From the NCBI RefSeq assembly GCF_004010195.1, contig NC_057757.1, positions 4,139,111 through 4,203,110 on the forward strand: 64,000 nt of DNA, in the 5' to 3' direction. Positions 37,732-49,422 of the stretch are shown here, piece after piece. Both the position numbers and the translations under genes were made by a program. The notes under the pieces were generated by a model. It did no database searches, was not told the origin of the DNA, and was given only the letters and a program-made list of their open reading frames with translations. Every line of letters begins with the position of its first letter. Within the stretch, counting starts at the first letter, position 1. Origin of the DNA: Chiloscyllium plagiosum. Its lineage: Eukaryota.

Positions 37732-37804
37732 GTTCCCAAAGTGTAGTGGCTGTTACGTTCACCTCATACGCGATAAGTCCCCAGCTCGATCCTGGGTGGG
37801 AACA
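37732..37804 (+). pseudogene. tRNA-Val pseudogene
   Basis: 73 nt Val-like, anticodon drifted to CAT, T-loop CTCGATC. Confidence 0.75.
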
Positions 37805-38461
37805 GTATTCTGTGCCTCGTTTTGTATGTTTCCCCTCCTGCTGGAAACTGGCCCAAACTCCCACATCCCCCATCAGAAGCTAAGAATTGAACTTTAAAAT
37901 CTCGCTGATGTTAGAAGTCTCCAGTTTAATCCGAGAGTGCTGGCCATGCTGTAATAGAATCAACTCGTTGAACCCGACCCTCTTCCAAATGAGGTGCTTG
38001 CACTCCCCAATGGGAGAAGAGCTCCTTCTTGCATTCTGAGAGGAGACCATTCTGTCCAAACAGTCCGTGCTGGAGGAGAGGGTAGGGGATTTCGCTGAAG
38101 GGGTTGGATGAAGTGGGAATGGACAGCAGCATGAGGTCAGAGGAGAACGCAGAGTGGGTGAGAGAGATATTAGAAAGAAGATGCGTGTTTCAAAAGACAA
38201 CAGTGCATTAAGGCATCGCGGAGGGAGTGAGGAAACTCCAGCACCGAACCATTCCCTGTTCAGCCTCGTGTGAAGCAGAGCTGTGTCATCACCCCAACAC
38301 TTTTCTGCATCCATCTCCCCCTGTGCGGGTTGGGGGTAGTTCGGAATTAACTGTTTGAGAACATTTGTGTATCCCCTCGCCAGACAAAGCAACAGGTTAT
38401 AAAATGTATGCATGTGTGTGAGAGAGAAGAGAGAGAGAGAGAATTTGGTAGGTTCGCATGG

Positions 38462-38540
38462 GTCAGGGTGGCCGAATGGTCTCAGAGGTCGCGTTCAGGT
38501 CACCATCGCCTCTGCGGTGTGGGCTCGAGTCCCCTCTCTC
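38462..38540 (+). pseudogene. tRNA-Leu pseudogene
   Basis: GTCAGGGTGGCCGAATGGTCT..CGTTCAGGTC..GTGGGCTCGAGTCCC. Confidence 0.7.
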
Positions 38541-39232
38541 CCCCCACCACCCCCCCCAAACAGGGCGGGCTTTTCTAAAAATTCATTAATAACTGGAGAG
38601 TGACATCGAGATCAAGTTGTCAGTGTCCCTCCCGAGGCCACGATTTGAGCTCCTGCTGCTCCAGGACGATTGGCAAAAAAAAAATTCCCCGTTTGCGTCT
38701 GAGTGTGTGCGAATGTGTGCGCCCACACAGTCCCCCAGTGTCGATGGGAAAGGCAGCAGTACACTGAATAAAACGAGCGGCTGCAGAGAAACGAGCCTGT
38801 CGGTTCATTCCGATCAGAACTTGCAATGCATGGCTTGGATTGGACAAAACTCATCCAGGCTCCTCCTCCTCCTGGTGCTGCTGTCGGGGGGACCTGCAAG
38901 CGCCCCCCTCCCACACACTCACTGCAAACAATCACGACCTGCAGCATTCACACCCAGCTCTCAGCACCGCCCCACCGAAAAAAGCTCGATAACGCACATG
39001 GAGGTGGAGAAAGCGAGTGGGGGAGATACGGAGACAGAAATAGAGGCGGAGACAGAGATTCAGAGAGGAAAATACAGAGAGAGAGAGAGAGATGCAGAGA
39101 CCGAGAGACACTCTGGGTGTATGAGTCTGCACACAGCAAATGGCTTGGAGCTGAGATTGGATCTATTCACGGTGAATCGCAGGGCTGCCCCTAGGCAGGA
39201 ACGGACATGTTCAATGGCAATGATTCAGTGCA

Positions 39233-39305
39233 GGTTCCATAGTGTAGTGGTTCTCACATTGGCCTGACTTGCGAAACGTCCCCAGTTAGATCTTGGGCGG
39301 GAAAA
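39233..39305 (+). pseudogene. tRNA-Val pseudogene
   Basis: GGTTCCATAGTGTAGTGGTT.TCAC..CCCCAGTTAGATCTTGGGCGGGAAA. Confidence 0.7.
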
Positions 39306-39849
39306 TTATGCTTCACTTCCCGTTTTTCCCTTCCCTCAGGAAACTGGCCCAAACTCACCCGTTCCCCATCCGAAGCTGAAAATTGATTCCTGGAGAGCTG
39401 GAGCTGTGGGGCAGGGTCAGCGAGAGGTCAGGGGAGAGCGCCGAGAGGGTGAGAAAGTTAGAAAGAAGGTGCGTGTTTGAAAAGACGGCAGTGTGTCAAG
39501 GCAACGCTGAGTGAGTGAGAAAGCTCCAGCGGCGACCCATTCCTTGTTCAGCCCAGTGTGAAGCAGAGCTGTATCATTACCCCAACACTGTTTCTCCATC
39601 CATCTCCCGCAGTGCTTCACCTCATCGCCGACAACCCCCCCGCTGGAGGGGAGCAAACCTAAAAACATTCGTGCGGAATTATTCAACCTCATTTGATACC
39701 ATATGGGATTGTGCAGGACCACGGTGGGGCGAATTAATTGTTTCAGAATATTTGTGCACCCCTTGTCCTAACAAAGCAACGGGTTGTAAAATGTGTTTGT
39801 CTATCTGTGTCAGATAGTTTGACGGATATGTTTTTGAGCTAACAATGCT

Positions 39850-39880
39850 TCTCATGCTCTACCGACTGAGCTAGCCGGGC
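39850..39880 (-). pseudogene. tRNA-Lys 5' fragment (nt 1-31)
   Basis: Perfect GCCCGGCTAGCTCAGTCGGTAGAGCATGAGA, then deleted. Confidence 0.85.
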
Positions 39881-40510
39881 TTCTCATCACTGTGCACAAA
39901 CTGTCTTATCCATTTTCGTAGTCACTTTGTTTCCTCTATTTTTCCACTAATTTTGTTTCCTGTTTTCAATGTAAAAGTGCTGATGTTGGGAATTGGAAAT
40001 TAAAACAGGCCGGATTGGACAAAACTCATTCAGGCTCCTCCCATTCGGCCCATATTGTCCGTACAGGTGTGGGGGTTCTCGCTGCGGTAGTTGAATGGAA
40101 TGGGAGTGGACAGCAAGATGAGCCAGTGGGAGGTGTATCAAGGTAGCGCTGAGTGAGTTAGGAAGCTCCAGCACCGACCCATTCCCTGTTCAGCCCAGTG
40201 TGAAGCAGAGCTGTATCATTACCCCAACACTGCTCTTCATCCATCTCCCGCAGTGCTTCACCTCATCGCCGACAAACCCCCCGCCTGGAGGGGAGGTAAC
40301 TGACAAAACAACCGCGAAAGTAATCAACCTCATTTGATGGACCAGACGGGATTGTGAAGCTCCACAGTGGGGGTGGGGAGAATTAATTGTTTGAGAATAT
40401 TTGTGCCCGCCCCACACCCTTGCTTGATAAAGCATCAGGTTGTAAAATGTGTCTGCTAGAGTTTTGTGTGGGTCAGCATGGGCGAGCGGTGGGGAGGGAT
40501 TCTCGCTGAA

Positions 40511-42252
40511 TTTTTTTTAATTTCAAAAATATACTTTATTCATAAAATACTTTGATCTGTACAACTGGACATGCCATGCATATGTAAACATTCCATTTGT
40601 TTGCATACCGAAAACAGAGTAATCATTCCTATTTATAGGTCCATACGATTATATTTTATTGCTGAGGTGTCAGCAGAGCCCAAATGACTGCACGGGCCCC
40701 CTGTTCTTCGTTAGGCAGGCGGCAGATATTACATGGTGGTCTTTCCCCACTATGCCTTGGCGGCAGCTGCCCCAAGCTTCAGCGCGTCCCTCAACACGTA
40801 GTCCTGAACCTTGGAATGTGCCAGTCTGCAACACTCAGTCGGGGTCAACTCCTTCAGCTGGAAGATCAACAGGTTTCGGACCACCCACAGAGCGTCCTTC
40901 ACCGAGTTGATGATCCTCCAGGCACAGTTGATGTTCGTCTCGGTGTGCGTCCCGGGGAACAGACCATAGAGCATGGAGTCCCGCATCACGGTGCTGCTCG
41001 GGACGAACCTCGACAAACACCACTGCATTCCTCTCCAGACTTCTTCTGCTTAGGCACATTCCAGAAGGAGGTGTGTGACAGTCTCATCCCCCCCTCAGCC
41101 GCTTCGAGGGCAGCGTGCGGTGCGGCTGAGAGTCCGGGCGTGCATATAGGATCTCACAGGCAGAGCCCTTCTCACCACCAGCCAAGCCATGTCTTGGTGT
41201 TTGTTGGAAAGTTCTGGCAATGAGTCATTCTGCCAAATGGCTTTGACAGTCTGCTCAGGGAACCGCTCGATAGGAATCGCCCTCTCCTTTTCCTCAAGGA
41301 CACTACGTGCTGACCACTTCCTGATGGACTTGTGGTCAAAGGTATTTTTCTTTATAAACTTCTCCATGAAGGACAGGTGATACGGAACGGTCCAACTACT
41401 TGGAGCATTCCGCGGCAGCGAGGCCAGGCCCATCCTTCACAACACCGGGGACAGGTAGAACCTCAGTACATAGTGACACTTGGTGTTTGCGTACCAGGGA
41501 TCCACGCACAGCTTGATGCAGCCACACACAAAGGTGGCCATCAGGGTGAGGGTGGCATTGGGTGTATTTTTTCCCCCGTTGCCCAGATCTTTGTACAGCG
41601 AGTCCCTTCGGACCCGGTCCATCTTTGACTATAAACTGGAAGATGGCCCGGGTGACTGCAGCGGCACAGGTTCTGGGAATAGGCCAGACCTGTGCCACGT
41701 ATAATAGCAATGACAGTTCCTCACACCTGATGACCAGGTTTTTTCCCATGATGGAGAGCGACCGTAGCTTCCATCTGCCTAGTTTCTGCCTCACTTTGCT
41801 GATACGCTCCTCCCAAGACTTGGCGCATGCCCCAGCGCCCCCCTGAACCAAATACCCAGCACCTTCAGGTGGTCGGTCCTGACGGTGAAGGGGATTGAGG
41901 ATTGGACGGCCCAGTTCCCGAAGAGCATGGCCTCGCTCTTGCCTCGGTTTACTTTGGCCCCCGAGGCCCGTTCGAACTGGTCACAGATGCACATAAGTCT
42001 GCGCACGGACAGCGGATCCAAGCAGAAAACGGCGACGTCATCCATGTACAGGGAGGCCTTAACCTGCAGGCCCCTGCTGCCAGGAATAGTCACCCCTCTC
42101 AGGCTCGCATCCTTCCTGATGGACTCGGCAAATGGTTCTATGCAGCACACAAACAAGGCAGGAGAGAGAGGGCAGCTCTGCCTGACTCCAGATCTGACTG
42201 GGAAGCTATCTGATTCCCACCCATTGATTGAGACTGCACTGACAATGTTGGT
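40511..42252 (-). mobile_element. Tx1/L1-clade non-LTR retrotransposon, 5'-truncated, with poly(A) and 18-bp TSD
   Basis: RT motifs GVRQSCPLSP, LYMDD, SGAKVN..KSE; C-terminal Cys/His region (CPRSG..ETVTHLLLEC); AATAAA plus A-tail at 40511-40540; TSD GGAGGGATTCTCGCTGAA at 40493-40510 and 42253-42270; several frameshifts. Confidence 0.92.
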
Positions 42253-42630
42253 GGAGGGATTCTCGCTGAAGGGTTGGATAAATGGGAATGGACAGCAACA
42301 TGAGCCATTGGGAGCTGTCAAAAGATGGCGCTGAGTGAGCGAGAAACACTCTTTGTGTCTGCGTGTGTCTCTGTCTGTCGGGAGTTGGGGGACTGTCTCA
42401 TTTTAAAGTCATGAATGCCTCTAAGTGTAACACCTTCATAAGCTTGTTCTGTACTTCTAAATAAACCAGTTGGACTTTCACCTGGTGTGGTGTGACGTTT
42501 AAGTTTGCACTCCATTAGACTGCAGGGAGAATTGAAGGCCTTGATTCGCTCAGAGCAGTTAATGATAGGGAGAGTGTCCAAAAGGGTGCGAACTATTTTT
42601 AAGGTGAGTGTTATCTTAAATTAAACGCTC

Positions 42631-42703
42631 CGCCCAACGTGGGGCTCGAACCCACGACCCTAAGATTAAGAGTCTCATGCTCTACCGACTGAGCTAGCCG
42701 GGC
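42631..42703 (-). tRNA. tRNA-Lys(CTT), essentially intact
   Basis: Identical to the 28942 copy except C>T giving a G-U pair in the anticodon stem. Confidence 0.93.
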
Positions 42704-43155
42704 TTCGCGGAACTGTGTACAAACTGTCTCATCCACTTTCATAGTCACTTTGTTTCCTCTATTTGTGCCACTAATTTTGTTTTCTGTTTTCAATGTAAAA
42801 GTGCTGCTGTTGGGAATCGGAAATTAAAACAGGCCGGATTGAACAAAACTCATTCAGGCTCCTCCTCCTGACGGGGGAACCTGCAGTAACCTCCCTCCCA
42901 CACACTCACTGCAATAACCTTCCTGAATAAGACTATCAGCCCTGGTAATAAACCTCATTTGATGGACCAGACGAGATTGTTAAGGACCGCACTTGGGGGA
43001 GGGGAGATTGCTTGTTTTAGATGTTTTGTGCTCATCTTGTCTGACAACACAATAGGTTGAAAATGTTTGCGTGTGAGCAAATTTGATAGATGTACACGTG
43101 AACTGATACTGCCCGGACTGAGACTTCCTGTGAGCATGGCGGCGGCATAGTGCAA

Positions 43156-43238
43156 GTCAGGATGGCCGAGCGGTCTAAGGCGCTGCGTTCAGGTCGCAGT
43201 CTCCACTGGAGGCGTGGGTTCGAATCCCACTTCTGACA
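43156..43238 (+). tRNA. tRNA-Leu(CAG), intact
   Basis: 83 nt canonical with two tolerated variants (variable-arm loop; acceptor G-U); TTTT 8 nt downstream. Confidence 0.95.
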
Positions 43239-44319
43239 TCCTCCCTTTTGCTTGAAGCATCATGAATGACGGGTGTGCGATTTGTGTCGTCAAATCGACA
43301 CGATCCCTCTTCCGCCCAGGGACGATTGACAAAAAACACACTTTCTCGCTTGTGTCTGTGGGTGAGTGTGACAACATGCAGCCTCCCTGAGCACGGCCCA
43401 AACTTTCCCCCACTGTCCACGGTAAAGGCGGCAGCACCCGGTTATGGAGATCTCAGCAAAACGAGCGGCTGCAGAGAGAGTTTGTGCGTCACTGTATTCC
43501 GTCAGACTGAGAGCGAAAGGAGCCTGTATGTTCACTCAGATCAGTGACAGAGGCAGAGTGGAAGTGCATATTGTGAAGAGTGAGAGAGGTGGGGGAGATA
43601 CGAAGACAGAAATCGAGATGGAGAGGGAGACCAGAGAGAGTGAGATTGAGATACAGAGCCAGAGATTCTCGGTGTATGAGTTTGCACACAGCCAATCTCC
43701 CGGAACTGAGATTATATCTACGACGTTTTCTGTTTCCATTGTAAAAGTGCCTACTGCTGCTGGAAATCAGAAATTAAAAACGACAGCACTTACAATCCAC
43801 AGCTTGGATTGGACACAATTCATCCAGGCTCCTCCTCCCCCTGAGGGAGACCCAGAGAGGGAGAGATGAGTCGGAAATTGAAACCAACAATATCTACAAC
43901 CCAATGCATGGATTGGACCAAACTCATCCAAGGTTCCTCCTGCTGCTGCTGTCGGGCAACCTGCAACCACCTCCCTCTCACACAAGCACCGCAATCACTC
44001 ACAACCTGCAGCATTCACACAGATCTCTCGGCACCGTCCCAACAGTGAAACACACACACACAGAGACAATCATACACCCACGCACACACACAGACAGAGA
44101 AAGAAAGAGATATGGAGGCTGAAATCGAGACAGAGAGGGAAACACTGGGGGACAGACATACAGACAGGAAGCTACAGAAAGAGAGGGAGAGATACAGAGA
44201 CATAGACAGACTTCGGGTGGATGAGTTTGCACACAGCTTCTGTCTTGGAACTGACGATGTGTTTGTTCGCAGTGAATCGCAAGACGTGCCCAAGGTGGAC
44301 AGGGGCATGGACAGGTATG

Positions 44320-44822
44320 ATCATCCTTAATCAGTATCCTGTTCCTGCCTTATCTCCATAACCCTTGATTCCACTATCCTTGAGAGCTCGATCCAACTCT
44401 TTCTTAAATGAATCCAGACACTGGGCCTCCACTGCCCTCTGGGGCACAGCATTCACACAGCCACCACACTCTGGGTGAAGAAGTTTCTCCTCATCTCTGT
44501 CCTAAATGGTCTACCTCGTATTTTTAAGCTGTGTCCTCTGGTTTGGCACTCATCCATCAGCGGAAACATGTTTCCTGCCTCCAGTGGCCAATCCTTTAAT
44601 AATCTTATATGTCTCAATCAGATCCCCTCTCAGTCTTCTAAACTCAAAGGTATACAAGCCCAGTCACTCCAGTCTTTCAGCGTAAGGTAGTCCCGCCATT
44701 CCAGGAATTGATCTCGTGAACCTACGCGGCACTCCCTCAATAGCCAGAATGTCCTTCCTCAAATTTGGAGACCAGAACTGCACACAATACTCCAGGTGTG
44801 GTCTCACCAGGGCCCTGTACAG
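44320..44822 (-). mobile_element. CR1 LINE 3' end (second family)
   Basis: LYRALVRPHLEYCVQFWSP.LRKDILAIEGV.RRFTR. Confidence 0.85.
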
Positions 44823-45051
44823 AGAGGGAAAAAGAGGAATATAAAGATACAGAGAGAGATGGAGATACAGAGAGCGGGGGAAGTTACAGAGAGATAGGGA
44901 GGGAGAAAGAGATATAGACACACAGAGACTCTCGGGGTATCAGTCTGCACGCAGCCAATGTCCCGGAGCTGAGATGATATCTATTCACTGTGAAGTGCAG
45001 AGCTGCCCCCAGGCCGAAAGTGACATGAACAAAGCTTTAAAATGTAAAGTA

Positions 45052-45125
45052 GTTCCTGTAATATAGTGGTTATCACGTTTGCCTCACGCACGTAAGGTTC
45101 CCCAGTTCGATCCTGGGTGGGAACA
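45052..45125 (+). pseudogene. tRNA-Val(CAC) pseudogene
   Basis: GTTCCTGTAATATAGTGGTTATCACGTTTGCCTCAC..CCCAGTTCGATCCTGGGTGGGAACA; D and anticodon stems broken. Confidence 0.8.
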
Positions 45126-46098
45126 CGATGCTTCATTTTGTATCTTTCCCTTTGCTCAGGAAACTGGTCAAAACTTTAATATCCCCCCATCAGAAGCGGA
45201 GAGCTGATTCCTGAGAGCAGGATATGTGAGGGGAGATCGCAGAGTGGGTTCGAGAGCTGATGAAAATAAGGTGCATGTTTCAAAAGGCATCAGTCACCCA
45301 ACATGGGCCTTGGAGCCACATCCCTTAGATCCAGGTTCTCTCACATTGTCGCCAACTGAGCCAGCCAGAGATGATGCTGGGTGCTTGCTCATGAGTTGCT
45401 GTCGTGAGGTAGGTCCCTGTGATTGCCACGGCGATCATTCCGGATTTTTTAAAAATCGCGCTAATGTTGGAAATCTCCAGTTCAATCCGAGAGTGTTGGA
45501 AATGCTGTAATAGAATCAACTCATTCAATCCGATCCCCCTGCAACTGAGGTGCTTGCACTCACCAATGGGAGGGGAGCTCCTTCTAGTATTCATAGAGGT
45601 GACCATTTTGCCCAGTCCGGGCTGGCTCGGGGTTGGGGTGGGAAGGAGTTCTCGCTGAGGGGATTGGATGGATTGGGAATGGACAACAATATGAGCCAGT
45701 GGGAGGTGGTGTCAAGGTATCGCTGAGTGAGTGAGAAAGCTCCAGCAACGACCTATTCCCTGTTCAGCCCAGTGTGAAGCAGAGCTGACATCTCTCCAAT
45801 ACTGTTCTCCACCCATCTCCCGCAGTGCTTCACCTCATCGCCGACAAACCCCCCGCTGGAGGGGAGCTAACCTACAAAACTCGTGTGAAATTATTCAACC
45901 TCAGTTGATGGACCAGACTGGATTGTGAAGGACCATGATGGGGGCGAATTAATTATTTGACAATATTTGTGCACCCATTGACAAAGCAACAGATTGTATA
46001 ATGTATGTGTGCGGGAGAAAGTTTGATAGATATGTGTGGGCTGATACTGCCTGGACTGAGACTTCCAGTGAGCATTGTGGACCCAGTGACTAGCATTG

Positions 46099-46181
46099 GT
46101 TTGAATGGCCGAGCGGTCTAAGGCGCTGCATTCAGGTCGCAGTTTCCCCTGGAGGTGTGGGTTAGACTCCCAGTCCTAACA
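46099..46181 (+). pseudogene. tRNA-Leu(CAG) pseudogene
   Basis: 83 nt; acceptor stem broken, T-loop TTAGACT. Confidence 0.85.
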
Positions 46182-46849
46182 GTGAGGGCTGTGTTTTGAA
46201 TTCATGGAAGACTGGAGTGCGACCTTGTGATCAAGTTGACACTGACCCTCCTCCTGACAGGATTTGAGCGACCGCTGCTCCAGGACGATTTGCAAATCTG
46301 CACTTTGCCGTTTGTGAGTAAGTGTGAATGTGTGCTGCCCACACCCTCCCCCAGTATCCATGGCAAAGGCAGCAACACGCTGTCTTAGAACTCAGCCAAA
46401 CAAGCAGCTGTAGAGCGAGTGTCTGTGCATCGCTGTAATTCATTTGATTGCAGAGAGAAGCGAGCTTCGATGTTCACCCAGGTCAGTGACAGACACACGT
46501 GGAAGTGATGGTGTTGGACTGGGGTGACAAAGTTAAAAATCACACAACACCAAGTTTCCAACAGGTTTATTTGGAAGCCCTAGCCTTTGGAGCGCTGTTC
46601 CTTCATCAGGTCACTTCACTGAAGGAGCAGCGCTCCGAAAGCCAGTGCTTCTAAATCAACCTGTTGGCATTGCGTAATTTTTAACGTCCCTCCCATGCCG
46701 TTGATCAATAGTTGCAGCAGGGCTGGCATTGAATGGCTAGATGGCAGGATAGTAAGTAAGAAAGAGTGAGGTGAGAGAGTTTGGGCAAGTTCCCTGGGGA
46801 GCAGTGAAGTAAGTCCCCGCCTTTCCTTAGAAATGAAACTCTTCATTCC

Positions 46850-47155
46850 TGGCAACATTCTGGTAAATCTCTCCTGTATCCTCCCCAGCTTAATTCATAC
46901 CTTTCCCATAACAGTGCAGCCAGAACTGGACACAGTACTCCAGACGAGCTCTCACCAGTATCCTGTACAAACTCAACATCGCATTCCAACTCCTACACTC
47001 AAAGGACTGAGCAATGAAGGCAAACATGCAAAACGTCTTTTTAACGATCCTGTTTATATGTGACATAAACTTGGAAGGATTATGTACCTGCACCCCTAAG
47101 TCCGTCCATTTTACAACACTACCCGAGGCCTTGCCTTTAATTGTATAAACCCTAC
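46850..47155 (-). mobile_element. CR1 ORF2 fragment
   Basis: LYRILVRARLEYCVQFW. Confidence 0.75.
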
Positions 47156-48208
47156 ACTTGTTTAGAGTTGAGAGTGTGGTGCTGGATAAGCACAGCAGGT
47201 CAGGCAGAATCCTAGGAGCAGAAGAATGGATCTTTTGGGCATAAGCCCTTCAGCAGGAATCTGACTCCGATCTCCAGCATTGGCAGTTCTCACTTTCTCC
47301 TTGCTTGTTGTACTAAAATGCTTGATAGATCATATCTTCTTTCTACTATAATGTAACGGGGCAGTCTTTCGTTGAAACATATGTAATTAAGGTTGCAGAT
47401 TTGCTTTTTATAGTAAAGGTTTATTAATAAAATAAACCAGGACAAAAGAGAGAAAACTAAGACAACACAAATGACAAAACAAAATCACATCTCCAACATT
47501 ACAAAAATCCAATAAATTTCCCTACCCTATCAAATTAGTAGGTTCAACTTAATTGCTTTCTCTCAGTTCAGGTCTGGAGTGCTGTGAGGTCTTTTACCTC
47601 TCCCAATTACATGACTGAGAGCTTAGACTTTCTCAGCATTGAATAAAAGATGTATCCTTAACTGCTCCCAATAATTTGCTTTGTCCAGGAGAGGCAACAC
47701 TTCCATCTGAATTCAGTCAGATCCCGTTTAAAATGCCGAAACATAAGCGTTTGGCTTTTTTATGTTGAAATTAATCCATGATTATTCTAAACACAGAAGC
47801 AAGATAATGCCTTTCAATGTTTTCTTTTTCCTATTGTTTCTCCCCAAATAAATATAAACAAACTTCCAATGACACTCCATGAGGCACGTACAGGTTTAAA
47901 GTCATGGCTTTATAATATTAATTAGTTAATTATGACCTAGTTAATTACTTAACCCTTCACAAGAACAAATACCCATATGCCATTAGTTTAAGTTCCAAAG
48001 TCTAAAACAAGTGATATTGATATGCAAATCACACATCTTTCATTACAGTAACAATGGAAAAGCAGGTCCCACACTGTTACATAAGTTTAAAACCTTTAAA
48101 AATTAAGAACAGTAGGAGTGCATTTTTGAGGCTGCCCCTCCATTCATGTCAAATCACAGCTAATCTTTCACCCTACCAATAGTTGTCTATACCCTTTCTC
48201 CTCATGGA

Positions 48209-48910
48209 TGTAGGTTTGATCGCTGAGCTGAAAGGTTCATTTTCAGACCTTTCATCACCATACTAGGTAACATCTTCAGTGAGCCTCCAGATGAAACACT
48301 AATGGTGCATCCCGCTTTCTATTTGTATGTTTGGGTTTCGGTGAGTTGGTGATGTCATTTCCGGTGGTGACATCATTTCCTACAGTGATGTCATTTTCCA
48401 TTCGGGGGGTGGTCAATGGGATCCAAGTCGATGTGTTTGTTGATAGAGTTCCAGTTGGAATGCCATGCTTCTAGGAATTCTTGCGTGTGTCTCTGTTTGG
48501 CTTGTCCGAGGACGGATGTGTTGTCCCAGTCGAAGTGGTGTCTCTCCTCATCCGTATGTAAGGAGAGTGTGTGGGTCATGTCTTATTGTGGCTAGTTGAT
48601 GTTCATTTATCCTGGTAGCTTGTTTTCTGTCCGTTTGTCCAATGTAGTGTTTGTTACAGTTCTTGCAAGGTATTTTGTAAATAACATTAATTTTGCTTGT
48701 TATCTGTATGGATCTTCCAAGTTCATGAGCTGCTGTTTTAGTGTGTTGGTGAGTTTGTGGGCTGCCATGATGCCAAGGGGTCTGAGTAGTCTGGAGCCTC
48801 ACTGAAGATGTTCCCTAGTATGGTGGTGAAACATCTGAAAACAAACCTTCCAACTCAGTGAACAAAGCTACATTCAGAACCTCAACCTGAGCTACAAATC
48901 TTCTCAAAAC
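48209..48910 (-). mobile_element. Penelope-like element (second family): GIY-YIG flanked by inverted pLTRs
   Basis: NVIYKIPCKNCNKHYIGQTDR..RINEH..HHFDWDNT..FLEAWHS; 48209-48292 is the reverse complement of 48790-48873; hammerhead-like CTGAAGA..GAAA core. Confidence 0.85.
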
Positions 48911-49051
48911 TCACCTTTCTCTTCATCCCAGGGCAAAATCTCTGGTTCAACATTCTTTAGCCAGGGTTAGGGTTGGAGGAATGATGGTGAGGGGAGGAAA
49001 GCAGCCCCTTGGAATGGTGCATCTTCCATGTGCCAACACCCTAAACCATTT

Positions 49052-49422
49052 CTACTCGTCGGCCTGGATGATAGGCGTGAATGGGAGCGCCCATTGCCAC
49101 CACAAGAACAGGCGGCGAGACTGGGGGTGGCTCTCCTTCATGGAGTTGAACAAGTTGAAGTCCATGTCATCCAACATCCAGCTCAGCATGCGGATGATCA
49201 CCAGGGCCGGGAGCCGAGAGACACACTGCACAAAGGCCTTGAATGTGTCTGCCTGGGGCTTCAGTTGGTTGGTGTACAGACGGGAAATATTCAGATCCCT
49301 CAGCTCGCGCATGTCATCCAGGGTCAGGAAGAAATCCCTCCAGCCCAGGTCGCTGAGCTCCTCATTCATGCTCAGATCGAGAACATTCAGTTTCCGAAGA
49401 TGACCGCTTTTGGCTGCTTTGG
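49052..49422 (-). CDS. NAIP: NAIP last coding exon (C-terminal LRRs)
   Basis: Acceptor ccccacag|; AKAAKSGHLRKLNVLDLSMN..FF.TLDDM..QCVSRLP..MLSWMLD..MKESHPQS..W.LPFTPIIQ matches the NAIP C-terminus as recalled; TAG ends at 49052. Confidence 0.93.

Noticed and set aside
16439-37804. Apparent alternative anticodons (Lys-TTT 16439, Leu-CAA 25660, CAT in Val body 37732) as functional or recoding tRNAs
   Set aside because: Each has broken stems or promoter boxes, so these are drifted pseudogenes.
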